Shown here one piece after another: positions 51,958-61,593 of a DNA stretch of 64,000 bases. Source of the stretch: Ostreococcus lucimarinus (taxonomy: Eukaryota). Below the pieces are notes generated by a model. The model was not told the origin of the DNA, made no database searches, and saw nothing but the letters and a program-made list of their open reading frames with translations. Every line of letters starts with the position of its first letter. Positions within the stretch are counted from its first letter, which is position 1. Both the position numbers and the translations under genes were made by a program. The DNA lies in the NCBI GenBank assembly GCA_000092065.1, contig CP000584.1; one strand, written 5' to 3'.

Positions 51958-52878
51958 CTACGCATCGTCGTCGGCGCTTTTATCGACTGAAAAGTCGGCG
52001 ATTTCGCTGACGAGATATATTCTTCCTTTGCCCGTCACGCGCCAAGGCGACGTCTCTCGACGTTCAAACTGCGTTTCGAACACGATTTTCCTACCACACA
52101 CGTGGCACTCCGTGCGTTCTCGCGCCTGCCCTCGCCGTACGGGTAAAAACGCGTACACATCCTCGTGACACGCCGGACACTCACCCGTCATCGCGAGCGT
52201 CTCGCCCGTCGACGCCGCGTTCAACTTTTCCAGTCCGCGCGAAATCAAACCTAATCCCACCAAGCCAACGATCGGGACGCGAAACTGCGGCACATTAGGC
52301 CCGTGATCACCGAGCACGACCGAAAAAACCGCGCGCAAGTCGTCCCCGAAATCCACCAACGCGAAGAGCGTCCCCAGCGCCAAAATCGCCAGGTACGACG
52401 TCTGCAGCGCGCGCATCTGCGCCTCATCCACCACGCAATCCGAATACACCGCCTTCCCGCGCACCGAGCACCGCGGATACTTTTTCACCACCCCACTCCC
52501 CGCGTACGACAACTTCGCCTCCAGCGCATCGAAATATTCATCGCTCACCGCCGGCGCGCCCGTAAAGTACTTCTCCTTGCACGCCACGTACAGCGTCTCC
52601 AACTCCTCTTGCGTCGCCGCGTCGAGGTTTTCGATCACCGCGATCGACGACGACGCCTCCGCCTCCGCGTCCGCGTTCGCTTCACCGTCCGCGTCTCGTC
52701 CGTTCGCCTCGCGCGCGACGCACCGCGCGTCCGCGTCCGCGTCCCGCTCGAGTCGTCGTTTCGCACCCTTTCGCGTCGTTCGCGTCCGCGTCCGCGTCGT
52801 TCGCGTCGCGACGCCCGCGCGCCGGCGCGGACGCGTCGTCGTCGCCGTCGTCGTCGTCGCGCGCGCGCCGAGCGTCAT
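51958..52878 (-). CDS. PGRL1: PGR5-like protein 1 (PGRL1), a thylakoid cyclic-electron-flow component, plastid precursor
   Basis: The match to PGRL1 runs through KKYPRCSVRGKAVYSDCVVD (plant GPRCSLRSKKVYSD). There are two TM helices, and C-terminal Cys pairs GECPACHEDVYAF ... TECHVCGRKIVFE (plant CPNCG ... CTNCG). The start was placed at the internal Met of the Thr/Arg-rich presequence. A TGTAA lies 15 nt after the stop. Confidence 0.8.
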   Translation of the reverse strand: MTLGARATTTTATTTRPRRRAGVATRTTRTRTRTTRKGAKRRLERDADADARCVAREANGRDADGEANADAEAEASSSIAVIENLDAATQEELETLYVACKEKYFTGAPAVSDEYFDALEAKLSYAGSGVVKKYPRCSVRGKAVYSDCVVDEAQMRALQTSYLAILALGTLFALVDFGDDLRAVFSVVLGDHGPNVPQFRVPIVGLVGLGLISRGLEKLNAASTGETLAMTGECPACHEDVYAFLPVRRGQARERTECHVCGRKIVFETQFERRETSPWRVTGKGRIYLVSEIADFSVDKSADDDA

Positions 52879-53073
52879 CGCCGACGTCGCGCGACCGCGC
52901 GCGCGCGCGTGCCGTCGCGTTCGTATGGCGCGCAGTGAGAAACGGTTTTTCGACACCCGGGATGCCGCAGACGCGCGCGCGCTGGGTCGACGACGACGAC
53001 GATGACGACGCGAACGGAACGTCGCCGACGTGGATTCGATGATTCGGTCGAACGTTCGGCGCGCGCGCGCGCG

Positions 53074-56000
53074 ATGTGGACGCGCGCGAGCGCCGCCGGC
53101 GCGATGGTTTCGCTCGCGATGGCGAGCGGGACGGCCGTCGCGTACACGGCGGGGACGGCGTGTTACCCCGAAGCGGCGTGCGAGTCGGGCGGAAGCAACA
53201 CGTTCGATAAATACCAGCGAAGAGTGTGTCAAATGCTCGCGGACACGAGCAAGTATTGCATCATCCCGAGCGAACCGACGGACGAATTGAGTGGGTGTTC
53301 GCGCGAGCTGCTGTATCACGGTTGGTGCGACGCGAACAAGTACGTCTTTGAATCGGGATGTTTGGCCAAACATCCGACGACGGATTCTTCGGCGTGCTCG
53401 AATTGCAATTTCGATTCGTATCCGACAGCGTATTGGAGCGTGGGGGCGCCATATCCTCTACACCCTGGAATGGTTAATCACGCTTTCCGAGAGTGCGTGG
53501 TCGATTACGTCAAGGCGAAGATCGAAGAAGGTTTTGCCGCTGAAGGTATGACCGCGGATGCGACATCGCTTCAGCAGCTCGCAGAGCAAGAATTTCCGGT
53601 GGAACAAATGGTGGACGTTGACGATTACAAAGAGCAGTATTCAAGTTATTACTTAGATGATGGAGACTTCGACGAGTTGGACGAAGAGATGACCGATGAA
53701 CACCTCGACGACGTCTCCGGATCCGTTGACGAAAGCGTCATGACGAAGACAGTAACGGCTTCGTGCTCTTCGCCCTCAGACGACAAAATCTGCTACAAAA
53801 TGTGCGCTGGTGACCTCGGTCTTAATCTCGAGTATAAGATCAAGGTGCCGAAAGTCTGCGCTAAAATCAAAATTCTCGGGAAGAAGTTTAAGAAATGCAT
53901 CAGAGTCCCGACGACGAAGTTTAAAATTCCAAACAAGTGCACGAACTTGTGCGTCAATATTCCAGGTTACTGCGAGATGCAAGAAGCGGCGAGTGCGATT
54001 ACACAGATAAAGAACATCAGATCACTCGGTGATTTGGCATTACCCTGCAAAACACTGGGTGGGCCGGGCGATGTCTGTAATCTGCTCGAAGAAGCCGACG
54101 ACGCGTTTAGAGCGATGGAGTCGATGGCGAAAATAGCCACGACGTCAACGGTCGACGCCTTTCTCGATCTGCGAGTGTTACCGTCGATATTGCAAAACGT
54201 CCTCGACGAAGCTACGGACGCTTTGGAGGACATCGCCAACGGCCTCGAAAATAAACTCCGCAACTTGGTGGAACATGTCTGGGGTACGGTTGCGAGCTCG
54301 TCGTCCGAAGTCGTATCGTTCATCGAAAATAACGTCAAGGGTTCAATATGCGCATCGTCGAGTTCCACGGCATCGCTCGGAGCCGCGCGCGAAGAGCGAC
54401 GACTCGCCCTCGTAAATGACATTCATCGCGGCGTGCGCGCTGCGTTCCGGGGCGACTCGACTCCGACGCACTCAGCGCGTCCAATCGTTCCTAATCTAGG
54501 CGCTGGGCAGTGTTGCTATCACATCCCGTTCGCGTGTAGCAGCGAGGTGGATTTCCCAATGCCTTGGCCGAAGGCCTTGGAGAATATATCGGACTCACCG
54601 GGTGCCGTCGTTGTGAACATGCCGGGCCTGGAATTCAACATCTGTGGCGAGATCACGCAGTTTAAGGTGGACGAGAAAGTTGCGACGAAACTGGTGAATG
54701 CTTTTGGTGATATGTTCGAAGCGCTCTTTGCAGCACTTTACGAAGAGAGCGGACTGAAAAAAGTCGTGGATGACGTGAAAGATCTGACAAAGGACATGTT
54801 TGGGTCGTCGGCGGCGCTCGGATCGTATGATCGACCGTCTTTCTCCACCGACGACCGCAAACATCTGTTGAGGAAATACGTCGAAGTCAAAAACCGGATG
54901 GCAGAGACGGAGACAATCGTTCTGGAGGAACTTTTGAAAATATCTGACACCATTCATTCGCCCGAATACTTGACGCATACAACACGGACGCCGTCGCGCG
55001 ATGACGTGCCGTCTCTGGGCGGCGAGAACTTGTTCGAAAAGGTCCTGAATGATTTCGCCGACGATTTGCAGACGGCTCTTAAATCTATGGCAGACACGAC
55101 AGTCGTGAAGGCGGATATGTCAATCAACGTGAAAGGAGACACGTCCATCAATGCGAAGGCGAGCGTCTACAAGATCGGCGACATCATCGACAAGCTCGAT
55201 ATTCCAAATAGCTTTGCGGGCGTCCACGTCGCCCCTCTGTTTCCCGGTTTAACCGCGGCGCTTCAATACGACGTGTTGCTTTCGATGCCATATTACGTCA
55301 ACATCGACATGGAGGCATCTTTTGCCTTGGGTCTCGATATCGATATCCCGATATCTCTCGAACTTTCGAATACACCAAACTTCGCCATGGGCTCGCCCGC
55401 CGTGAACTTGGTTCCGACGTACACCGCAGCCGGTAAGTCGAGCGCGCAGGTAGGCGCGAGTGTTGAGATAAAGAAAGGCTGGATAGCGCTGTGCGCGGGG
55501 ACTCACTGCGTCGGCCCATGGATCAAAGCGCGCCAAGACGTCTACGTCGGGGTCGACACCTGGGCTTTCGCCAACTGCGACTCGGGATATGGCGAGCTCG
55601 TGCCAAAATGGACCGACGGATTCTCTTATTCGAGCAAAAATCAAGCAGCATGCGCAGGTTCACTCGCAGGCGCTGGTGGCTACGCGCAAGTGCCGAAGAC
55701 GGGCAATATTCTCGCTCAGGTACTGTTCGCCCCCATGCCGATCATGCCCTCGGGCGCGAGCGCCGCCTCGCAATCCGCGGCGCGTCTCGGCGACGACGAC
55801 GACGAGTGCGAGGCTCAGCCAATGGGTATGATACTGGCCGATTACACCAACACCGTGCATAACGCCGTCATGGCGGGCGGCGATAACTGGTACACGACGG
55901 ATTTGTTTGCCGAGTGCCCGTCCGCGGGCAAGTGCCCCGCGCCGTCACCGCCGCAACCGTACACGCCAACGGCGAACACAAAGCTTGCCAAGTACAACGC

Positions 56001-56394
56001 CCGGTGCTGCGGCAACTCCGGCGATTCGCGCTGCGCCGCAGCGATCGAAGGTACGTACGAAACGCTCTGCGCCCAGCTCTGCGACGCCTGCGCGGGTTGT
56101 GTCGCCTTCGACTACCAAGCCAGCAAGAACAAATGCGGCTTCAGCAAAAGCGATAGCACGGAGGACCGGGTGGGATTCACGCACTTCGGTCACGGCGCGA
56201 CGCCCGCGTCCAAATCTTCCCTCGGCTCTCGCATGCGTTTCAGCGCGCGCGCGTCGTCGCCAACGTCACCATCCGCGCTCACCGCCGTCTTCGTCGTCGC
56301 CTTCGCCGCCGCCTTCGCCTCGGCCGCGTTTCGCCGCCGCCGCCTCGACGACGCTCGCCGCGCGCGCGTCGACGATTACGGCGCGTTCGACTGA
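53074..56394 (+). CDS. Large hypothetical Cys-rich secreted protein with a C-terminal membrane anchor; codon-usage outlier
   Basis: The ATG at 53074 gives the signal peptide [23 protein letters not shown]. There are over 60 Cys in clusters. A PAN/apple-like Cys pattern occurs near the C-terminus ([37 protein letters not shown]...C). The final hydrophobic stretch [18 protein letters not shown] is followed by RRRR. The region is visibly more AT-rich at third codon positions than its neighbours. Confidence 0.6.
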   Translation: MWTRASAAGAMVSLAMASGTAVAYTAGTACYPEAACESGGSNTFDKYQRRVCQMLADTSKYCIIPSEPTDELSGCSRELLYHGWCDANKYVFESGCLAKHPTTDSSACSNCNFDSYPTAYWSVGAPYPLHPGMVNHAFRECVVDYVKAKIEEGFAAEGMTADATSLQQLAEQEFPVEQMVDVDDYKEQYSSYYLDDGDFDELDEEMTDEHLDDVSGSVDESVMTKTVTASCSSPSDDKICYKMCAGDLGLNLEYKIKVPKVCAKIKILGKKFKKCIRVPTTKFKIPNKCTNLCVNIPGYCEMQEAASAITQIKNIRSLGDLALPCKTLGGPGDVCNLLEEADDAFRAMESMAKIATTSTVDAFLDLRVLPSILQNVLDEATDALEDIANGLENKLRNLVEHVWGTVASSSSEVVSFIENNVKGSICASSSSTASLGAAREERRLALVNDIHRGVRAAFRGDSTPTHSARPIVPNLGAGQCCYHIPFACSSEVDFPMPWPKALENISDSPGAVVVNMPGLEFNICGEITQFKVDEKVATKLVNAFGDMFEALFAALYEESGLKKVVDDVKDLTKDMFGSSAALGSYDRPSFSTDDRKHLLRKYVEVKNRMAETETIVLEELLKISDTIHSPEYLTHTTRTPSRDDVPSLGGENLFEKVLNDFADDLQTALKSMADTTVVKADMSINVKGDTSINAKASVYKIGDIIDKLDIPNSFAGVHVAPLFPGLTAALQYDVLLSMPYYVNIDMEASFALGLDIDIPISLELSNTPNFAMGSPAVNLVPTYTAAGKSSAQVGASVEIKKGWIALCAGTHCVGPWIKARQDVYVGVDTWAFANCDSGYGELVPKWTDGFSYSSKNQAACAGSLAGAGGYAQVPKTGNILAQVLFAPMPIMPSGASAASQSAARLGDDDDECEAQPMGMILADYTNTVHNAVMAGGDNWYTTDLFAECPSAGKCPAPSPPQPYTPTANTKLAKYNARCCGNSGDSRCAAAIEGTYETLCAQLCDACAGCVAFDYQASKNKCGFSKSDSTEDRVGFTHFGHGATPASKSSLGSRMRFSARASSPTSPSALTAVFVVAFAAAFASAAFRRRRLDDARRARVDDYGAFD

Positions 56395-56735
56395 TCGACG
56401 CGTCCCTCCGGCGCGTCTCGCGCTCGAGCGTTCGAGTCGATCATCGCTCCACTCATCTCTGTATTTTCTCATATTTCCTCACATTTTCTCCATCGCGCGC
56501 CTCCCCGCCGTGTCGCGCGTCGCGCTCGGCCCGGTTCGCTGGGCGCGGTCGCCGCCGGCGCGATTCTGGATTTTGGATTCTCGTTTCGCCGCACTCGTCG
56601 TCGCGCTTTGCCGCGCGCACCGACGCGCGCGCCCGAGAACGAGCGCGGCTCGAGAACGCGGACGCGCACCGACGCCGTCGCGCGAACGTCGCGCGCGCGG
56701 TGCGCGTCGACGACGCTCGAAGGCGACGCGACGCC

Positions 56736-56826
56736 ATGAAGCTCGTGCGGTTTTTGCAGAAACTCTCCAACGAAAGCGTGACGATAGAGCTCAAGAACGG
56801 CACCACGGCGCACGGGACGATCATGG
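56736..56826 (+). CDS. SMD1: Small nuclear ribonucleoprotein SmD1, exon 1
   Basis: The sequence [31 protein letters not shown] matches SmD1 ([31 protein letters not shown]). The reading frame collapses right after this point unless it is spliced. Confidence 0.85.
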
Positions 56827-57045
56827 GTGCGTGCACGATGACGACGACGGCGCGCGACGCGCGAGGACGACGCGCGAGGACGAACGAGAGAAGCGCGAAT
56901 GCGAAACGCGGGAAACGCGGCGACGATCGGGACGCGGCGAGAAGACTCGACGGGAGACGAGACGCGAGAGGGACGAGACGCAGGGCGAGCGACGCGAGCG
57001 AAGACTGACGAGCGCGAAAATCACGGCGTCGCGCGCGATCGACAG
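56827..57045 (+). other. SMD1: Spliceosomal intron of SmD1 (219 nt, phase 1, GTGCGTG...GACAG)
   Basis: Joining 56826 to 57046 restores the exact SmD1 sequence ...HGTIMG|[18 protein letters not shown]... with GT/AG boundaries. Confidence 0.8.
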
Positions 57046-57299
57046 GCGTGGACGTGAGCATGAACACGCACCTGAAGCAGGTGAAGCTCACGCTCAAGGG
57101 TAAAAACCCGACGGCGGTCGAACACCTGAGCGTTCGAGGGAACACGATTCGGTATTACATCCTTCCGGACTCTTTGAATCTGGACACTTTGTTAGTAGAC
57201 GACACGCCCAAGCAAGGGAAACCGCGCGCGAAGGCGGCGGCGAGCGCCGGTCGAGGGCGCGGTCGCGGTCGAGGGCGCGGGCGCGCGCGGCCGACGTAG
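57046..57299 (+). CDS. SMD1: SmD1 exon 2, the Sm fold remainder plus a C-terminal (RG)n tail
   Basis: The sequence [54 protein letters not shown]...[16 protein letters not shown] is the Sm2 motif and the RG-repeat tail typical of SmD1. Confidence 0.85.
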
Positions 57300-57512
57300 T
57301 CGGTCCGCCGTCGGCGTCCGAGCGCGTAGTCGCCGCGTCGCGCGCGATTCGACGTCGAGCGCGCCGTCGCGCCGCAGTTGTTTGTTTTATACGATATCCA
57401 GCGATTAGATAGATCTCCGTCGCCGCGTCGACCTCGTCGCGTCCGTCGTCGCCGCGTCGACTTTCAATTTCAAACCGACCGAACCGACAGGTGGCGCCAT
57501 TCCGCGACGCCC

Positions 57513-58289
57513 ATGCCCGCGTCCGCGCGCGCGCTCGAGCGCGCGCGCGCGGCCGTCGAACTCGACGTCGCGCGAGACTTCCCCGCCGCCGCGCGCGCGT
57601 ACAGAGACGCCGCGGCGGCGCTCGACGCCGACGCCGACGCCGACGCCGACGGCGCCGATGGATTGCGACGGAAAGCGCGCGAATACCGCGCGCGCGCGGA
57701 CGAATTAGAGGCGACGACGCGCGAGACGACGGTTGATTACACCTCGCTCGTCGGCGTCGCGAGCGGGGCGGCGCGCGCGAAGACGACGATGGAGACGAAG
57801 ACGCGCGACGCCGGCGGCGCGCGCGTCGTCGGCGGCGCCGCCGCGGTCGGCGCGTGCGCGGGATTCGCGTTGCTCGGACCGGTGAGCGCCGTCGTCGGCG
57901 CGGGGGCGATGGCATACGGCACGACGCGGCGCGACGGCGTCGGGAGCGCGTGCTCGGGGGCGGGAAAGATGGCGGCGAACGCGTACTCGAGCGTGAAGAG
58001 ATGGAATCGCGAGCACGCCGTCACGACGAAAGCCGCCGCCGCGTGCGCGACGGGCGCCAAGGCGGTGAAAAAGCTGGACGACGAGTATAAGATACGCGAG
58101 AAGACGGCCAAGGCGGTGACCGGCACCGCGAGGGCGGCGAGCGAATTTAACGAAAAGCACGGCGTGACGAAGAAAATCGGCGAGGGCGTCTCCGTCGGTC
58201 TCGACGTCGTGACGAAGAAGCTCGGCGGCGTCGACGCGCGCGACGAGGCGTCGAGCGAGGGCGCGCGTTTGCCATCCGCGCCGCGTTGA
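57513..58289 (+). CDS. Hypothetical MIT-domain-like protein with a Gly/Ala-rich C-terminal half
   Basis: The ATG is at 57513. An N-terminal three-helix MIT-like region (ARALERARAAVELDVARDFPAAARAYRDAAAAL...RRKAREYRARADEL) is followed by low-complexity and hydrophobic sequence. Homology assignment is weak. Confidence 0.4.
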   Translation: MPASARALERARAAVELDVARDFPAAARAYRDAAAALDADADADADGADGLRRKAREYRARADELEATTRETTVDYTSLVGVASGAARAKTTMETKTRDAGGARVVGGAAAVGACAGFALLGPVSAVVGAGAMAYGTTRRDGVGSACSGAGKMAANAYSSVKRWNREHAVTTKAAAACATGAKAVKKLDDEYKIREKTAKAVTGTARAASEFNEKHGVTKKIGEGVSVGLDVVTKKLGGVDARDEASSEGARLPSAPR

Positions 58290-58438
58290 TCGCGCCTAGC
58301 GTCCTTGTACATTTACATCACACCGCACGACTCGCAGTCGCCTCGGCGTCGACAGTCTGACGGGACAGTTACGACGGTTACTCCGCACAGTCGCGCGCTC
58401 GCGCCGCGCGCGACGCGCGAGCGCGAGCGCGACGAGCG

Positions 58439-58483
<45 letters not shown>

Positions 58484-58680
58484 GCGCGCGCGACGCGACG
58501 ACGATGCGTTCGCGCGCGGAGAGGACGGCGCGGCGGTCGAGACGACGCGAGACGACGAGACGACGCGCGGCGGCGGCGTGGCCGGACGACGCGCGCGCGA
58601 AGACGCTGTTCACGGCGCGGGGCTCGCGCGAAAAACCGACGCGGTACGATTATCGGAGTCGAGTGCGAGGCGTGGTGGGG

Positions 58681-61503
58681 ATGGAAAAGTTTAGCGACGA
58701 CGAGTTGGACTCGGCGAGCGAATCGGAGGAAGAGTGGCTCGTCGACGAGGACGACGACGAGGCGAGCGGAGGCGACGATGAAAGGCGGAGCGGAAGCGAC
58801 GACGAAGATGGTGAGGAGGATGACGACGACGGTGTTCGTGCGGTCCGTCGACGAAGGCGGATGAAAGCTTCGAATCCATTCGAATCGGACGACGACGACG
58901 ACGGTGTTCGTGCGGTCCGTCGACGAAGGCGGATGAAAGCTTCGAATCCATTCGAATCGGACGACGACGACGACGACGACGACGACGATTTCAAGCCGAT
59001 TCGTAAACGTAGAAGAGTGTCGACGAAGAGACAAAAGGACGAAGAAAAAACCGTGAGAGTCGAGACGCCGCGACGCGCGAGCACACGAGTGGGCGCGAGG
59101 GCGAAACGAAAAGCGGCCGACGCGGCGAGACACGTCTCTTCATTGTTGCGTCCAACGATGGATGTGGACGACGAATCAATCGTCGAGGACGACGCGTCGT
59201 CTTCGGATTCTTCCGAATTGGATTTTGTCGTCGACGACGACGAGGACGAGACTGCGACTGAAGTTGACTTCACGCCTCGAAGAACCCGGCTGAGTCTGGG
59301 ATCGAGCGTTGACGAGGCTCTGAGCATCGACGACGTCGCAGCGTTGAAACGCGCTCTCTCACGTCTAGAGGAGACACCTCGACCGGGTCGCGTGCTCATC
59401 TCCGCGGCCGCGCACAACGCCATAAACGTAGCGAGCGAGTTCTTGGCGAATGGTATTCGAGTAAATGGTCAGTTGAACGAGAGGGGATCCAAGAAACCGC
59501 ACATCACGGACATCGCCGACGCGCTTCACATCGCGTGCGAACGAGGCAACGTGGATTTCGTTCACGCCGTGAGGGACCAAATCGGATTGGCGCAGTTCTG
59601 TCGAGGTGGTGACACCGGCGGTTGGCCGACCTCAGCGACGGGCGGCACACTCGTCCATTCGGCGGCGGATAACGAAAAAGCGAGCGCGGAGTGCGTTGCA
59701 GCGGCGATTATGGCGGAGTCACCACCGAAAGGGCGCGTCATGCCCGTGGCTGCGGTGTTCGACGAAGACGCTCGCGGCGCACGCACGCCGTTGATGATCG
59801 CTGCGGGTGCAGGTCCCGAGTGGGGGTCTTGCGTTGAAGCGCTCTTGAGGGATGCCAGAACATACGGCCAACGCGCAGTGCGAATCGCGATACGATGTCA
59901 AGAGCCACAAGAAGGATGTTCTGCGGTGCACATCGCCGCCGTCGCCGGAAATGTGGTTTGTTTGGAGAAATTTCTAAAGGAAGATCCATCGTGCTTAAAG
60001 GTGAAAGACTACAACGATTCGACGCCATTGCATTGGGCATCTATGGAAGGACGGCACGAGACGATCCGAGTGTTGCTCGAGAAGGGCGCCAACAGACTAG
60101 CGATTGACAAAATGGGTTGGATTCCGTTGCTCTACGCCAATTTTCACGAAAAGAGTGAGGCAGTTTTATACTTGCTCGAGAAACAAGTCTCGGAGCAATT
60201 GCAGACCATGTTCACTGCGGTGGCATCGGAGGACGATGGGAAGTCCAAGTTGCAGGTACAAAAGGTTTTGAATTTGCTCGCAGCCAAACCAGCGTACTAC
60301 GATGCGATAAACAACTGCATCAGGAGAGACATGTCGCTCTTGGGCCCTGTCATGAACATGCTGCGCGAATGTGGAGCGATTACTATTATCAATTTGGCCA
60401 ACCGCGTGTCGTTCTTGCGCAATACGTGGCTCAATGAATATGGATTGCAAAATTTAGCTCTCTCGAAAAGTTTCACCTTGTCTGCGCAAGACGCTTGGCA
60501 CGACTTTTTCGTAAATGTCTGGTCCGTCTCGCCAAAGATTTTGAAGATTCGACATCTCAGTTGGGGCTTGCGGCAGCCATCGGGGGATGTTTCAGTAGGT
60601 CCGGGACCAACGCGTGAAGCGTTCAGCTTGATGGCGAACGAGTTGTGCGATGGAAACAGAGCCGACCGCCAGCTATTTACACAGGATGACGCGCGCACGT
60701 ACAAACGTAAGGAAGGTATCGACCGCCCGAGCGTGCTGAAAGAGCTCCAGTGTTTCGGCGAACTTCTGGCGCACGTGGTGCTCTTCGGCAGCGCCGTTTT
60801 ACCGATTCCGTTCTCCAAAGTCTTCCTGAGGCGCGTCATCGCCAACGAAAAATGTGACGCGTTCACTCTAGACGATCTCGCCGACGTTGAGCCCGCAGTG
60901 GTGAAGTCGATCAAGGTTGTGCTTGAAACCGACGACGTCGAATCGCTCTGTCTCACGTTTATCGATCCGACGACGAACGAAGAGACAGACGTCACGAAGG
61001 CAAACTTGCAAGCATTCAAGCGACAAAAAATTCGCGAAATGGTGTCGAGCATCGTAGACGACGCATCCGTGCACGCGATCCGCACAGGTTTGCTCCAAAT
61101 CATGCGAAAATCACAGATCGAGGTGCTGGCGCCCGAAGAGTTTGGCCTCGTCGCCGCCGGCTCGCAATCGATCGACCCCAAGGAATGGCGCCGACACGCC
61201 TCCTTCTCACCAAGTCCAGAGATGGAATGGTTTTGGGACGTGGTCGAACGCATGAACAACGACGACAAATCTCGTCTCCTCCAATTCTCCACCGGGAGTA
61301 GTTTACTTCCGGTCGGTTCTTTCGCCGCGCTGTGTCCTCCGTGGAGCATCGAAGTCGGTCTTCACCGCGACGCCAGTAAGCTCCCCACCGCCTGGACGTG
61401 CTTCAACACGCTTCAAATGCCGCGCTACCCATCGAAAGAATTGCTCGAAGAGCGCTTGTTTTGCGCGCTGCGCCACGGAAGCGCTGGATTCGCCTTTGCG
61501 TGA
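58681..61503 (+). CDS. HECT-type E3 ubiquitin ligase with ankyrin repeats and an acidic repeat-containing N-terminus
   Basis: The ATG at 58681 gives MEKFSDDELD. There are ankyrin repeats (TPLMIAAGAG..., SAVHIAAVAGNVVCLEKFL, TPLHWASMEGRHETIRVLLEKGAN). The C-terminal HECT domain ends LPTAWTCFNTLQMPRYPSKELLEERLFCALRHGSAGFAFA, which contains the catalytic Cys. A TGTAA lies 36 nt after the stop. Confidence 0.85.
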   Translation: MEKFSDDELDSASESEEEWLVDEDDDEASGGDDERRSGSDDEDGEEDDDDGVRAVRRRRRMKASNPFESDDDDDGVRAVRRRRRMKASNPFESDDDDDDDDDDFKPIRKRRRVSTKRQKDEEKTVRVETPRRASTRVGARAKRKAADAARHVSSLLRPTMDVDDESIVEDDASSSDSSELDFVVDDDEDETATEVDFTPRRTRLSLGSSVDEALSIDDVAALKRALSRLEETPRPGRVLISAAAHNAINVASEFLANGIRVNGQLNERGSKKPHITDIADALHIACERGNVDFVHAVRDQIGLAQFCRGGDTGGWPTSATGGTLVHSAADNEKASAECVAAAIMAESPPKGRVMPVAAVFDEDARGARTPLMIAAGAGPEWGSCVEALLRDARTYGQRAVRIAIRCQEPQEGCSAVHIAAVAGNVVCLEKFLKEDPSCLKVKDYNDSTPLHWASMEGRHETIRVLLEKGANRLAIDKMGWIPLLYANFHEKSEAVLYLLEKQVSEQLQTMFTAVASEDDGKSKLQVQKVLNLLAAKPAYYDAINNCIRRDMSLLGPVMNMLRECGAITIINLANRVSFLRNTWLNEYGLQNLALSKSFTLSAQDAWHDFFVNVWSVSPKILKIRHLSWGLRQPSGDVSVGPGPTREAFSLMANELCDGNRADRQLFTQDDARTYKRKEGIDRPSVLKELQCFGELLAHVVLFGSAVLPIPFSKVFLRRVIANEKCDAFTLDDLADVEPAVVKSIKVVLETDDVESLCLTFIDPTTNEETDVTKANLQAFKRQKIREMVSSIVDDASVHAIRTGLLQIMRKSQIEVLAPEEFGLVAAGSQSIDPKEWRRHASFSPSPEMEWFWDVVERMNNDDKSRLLQFSTGSSLLPVGSFAALCPPWSIEVGLHRDASKLPTAWTCFNTLQMPRYPSKELLEERLFCALRHGSAGFAFA
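58832..58975. repeat. Perfect 72-bp tandem duplication (2 copies) inside the HECT ligase N-terminal coding region, preceded by a (GACGACGGC)n 9-mer run (12-nt period) at 58440-58480
   Basis: ggtgttcgtgcggtccgtcgacgaaggcggatgaaagcttcgaatccattcgaatcggacgacgacgacgac is repeated exactly. It encodes GVRAVRRRRRMKASNPFESDDDDD twice. Confidence 0.85.
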
Positions 61504-61593
61504 CGTTCGCCGAACGCGCCTCGCCTCGTAAACGCGCGTGTAACACGCTTTGATTCGCCTCGCGTCTCGTCACACACCGCCGTCATCGCGACG

